Part shown: positions 62,612 through 64,000 of the stretch, piece by piece
How the letters are laid out: the number at the start of each line of letters is the position of its first letter
How positions within the stretch are numbered: the stretch's first letter is position 1
NCBI GenBank assembly: GCA_963837955.1
Contig: CAWIPH010000002.1
Span: forward strand, 3,328,001-3,392,000
Direction of reading: 5' to 3'
Source: an uncultured Verrucomicrobiae bacterium
GTDB taxonomy: Bacteria > Verrucomicrobiota > Verrucomicrobiia > Chthoniobacterales > JAFAMB01
Length of the DNA stretch: 64,000 bases
Notes under the pieces: model-generated
What the model saw: the letters and a program-made list of their open reading frames with translations, nothing else
Told to the model about the DNA's origin: nothing
Databases searched by the model: none
Translations under genes and position numbers: made by a program

Positions 62612-64000
62612 TTAGGCATTGGCCATTTCGGAGGCGCAGCGGTTGTGGGTTTCGATAACTGGTTTCATTTCCATCGTGACGACTTCGCCGTCCCGCACGA
62701 TGACCTTGCCGTTGATGATGGTGAACTTCGCGCTTTGCGGAGCGCAGAACAGCGTTGCAGCCACCGGATCGTGCAGCGCGCCGGCGTACCCGATCGTGTG
62801 CAGGTCAAGGGAGAAAAAGTCAGCGCATTTGCCAGGCTCGAGCGAACCGATGTCGGCGCGTCCAAGCACGCGAGCGCCGCCCAGTGTGGCGATCTCCAGC
62901 ACCTCGCGCGCCGTCATCCATTCGTTGGCCCGGACCGGATGCGACTGCGAGAGCAGGAAGTATTTTCGCGGACCTTCGGGCGGGAGCAAGCCCATTTGCA
63001 GCCGGGCAAGTAACATGGCCTGGCGGGCCTCCAACAGGATGTTCGAGGCGTCGTTGCTGGCAGACCCGTCGACGCCTAGACCGACCTTCACGCCGGCTGC
63101 CAAATATTTCTTGATAGGCGCGATGCCGGAGCCAAGACGCATATTCGAGCACGGACAATGCGCCGCCCCGCAACCGGTCTGGGCGAACTTTTTGATTTCG
63201 TCGTCATCGACATGGATCGCATGCGCGAACCACACGTCGTCACCCAGCCAGCCATGTGTCTCCATCCAATCCACCGGGCGAAGCTGGTAACGCTCGAGCG
63301 TGTATCGTTCTTCGTCGCGCGTCTCGCAAAGGTGGGTATGGAGTTTGACCTTGTATTGGCGGGCGAGCGCGGCCGAGTCGCGTAGCAGCGAAACGGTGAC
63401 CGAAAACGGCGAACAGGGCGCGAGGACTATCTGCGTCATGGAACCGGGAGACGCGTCGTGATAAGCCTTAATAACACGGTCGCTGTCCTTCAAGATAAAG
63501 GCCTCGTCCTCTACACAATCGTCCGGCGGCAGCCCCCCTTGGGATTGGCCAAGGGACATCGAGCCGCGGCTGGCGTGGAAGCGCACACCAAGATCCTTTG
63601 CCGCCTGGATCTGGCAATCCACATTGTTCCCGTTTTTAAAAACATAAGTGTGGTCGAAGACCGTCGTGCAACCGGAGAGCGCTAGCTCCCCCAGCCCAAC
63701 GAGCGTGCTGGCGCGCGAGGCCTCCTCCGTCGTGCGTGCCCAGATGCGATATTGGGCCTGTAACCAGGGAAAAAGGTTGTTGTTCTGCGCAGCGACAAGA
63801 TTGCGCGTAAGGGTCTGGTTGAGGTGATGGTGGGTATTGACGAAACCTGGCAGGACGATCTGCCCGGACAGGTCGATCACGGTATCAGCCGTGAGGGGAA
63901 GTTCTTCGTTCGGGCCGACGTGTTTAATGAAACCGTCTTCGGCATAAAGCCCGGCGTTCTTCAATTCCCGGCGTTGGCTATCCATTGTGACCAGGACTTC
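62612..64000 (-). CDS. 8-oxoguanine deaminase-like amidohydrolase (5'-partial)
   Basis: PGFVNTHHHL, APCSPFS, HTHLCET, HCPCSNMRLGSG, GVDGSASND. Confidence 0.9.
   Translation of the reverse strand, partial: EVLVTMDSQRRELKNAGLYAEDGFIKHVGPNEELPLTADTVIDLSGQIVLPGFVNTHHHLNQTLTRNLVAAQNNNLFPWLQAQYRIWARTTEEASRASTLVGLGELALSGCTTVFDHTYVFKNGNNVDCQIQAAKDLGVRFHASRGSMSLGQSQGGLPPDDCVEDEAFILKDSDRVIKAYHDASPGSMTQIVLAPCSPFSVTVSLLRDSAALARQYKVKLHTHLCETRDEERYTLERYQLRPVDWMETHGWLGDDVWFAHAIHVDDDEIKKFAQTGCGAAHCPCSNMRLGSGIAPIKKYLAAGVKVGLGVDGSASNDASNILLEARQAMLLARLQMGLLPPEGPRKYFLLSQSHPVRANEWMTAREVLEIATLGGARVLGRADIGSLEPGKCADFFSLDLHTIGYAGALHDPVAATLFCAPQSAKFTIINGKVIVRDGEVVTMEMKPVIETHNRCASEMANA

Noticed and set aside
58269..63685. 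Long antisense ORFs over the XDH operon (and similar shadows elsewhere)
   Set aside because: These are shadow ORFs expected opposite GC-rich coding genes.

Overview
A 64-kb bacterial window. REP-like repeat families and gene content suggest a soil Verrucomicrobiota (Chthoniobacterales-like) genome, which is inference. The left part (1-15 kb) is intact: two convergent paralogous sugar ABC systems, LacI, SDR, a stand-alone cNMP-binding protein, a GNAT, an unusual TIR / periplasmic c-type-heme (DUF3365-like) / DUF4326 membrane receptor, an AKR and tRNA-Glu(CTC). The middle part (about 15.2-37.6 kb) is accessory and frameshift-rich. It holds a PadR-ADOP cassette between degenerate direct repeats, a 9.7-kb sugar-catabolic module (ABC, nitrilase-like, GMC pair, LacI, AKR) tightly bracketed by inverted repeats, and a 40-bp copy of the tRNA 3' half. 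It also holds an Abi_C-type gene, mobile mystery proteins A/B preceded by four phased palindromes, a phospholipase C-like gene and ArsR-SRPBCC. The right part is intact: cupin, alpha/beta hydrolase, S53 peptidase, ECF sigma + Ser/Thr kinase, GT1 glycosyltransferase, SDRs/LysR, metallophosphoesterase, a membrane protein, a cNMP protein and a purine-catabolic operon (deaminase, xanthine dehydrogenase-like, ABM protein, OprB porin). No CRISPR array, rRNA, integrase or transposase was seen. All family calls come from motif recognition by eye, not database searches.
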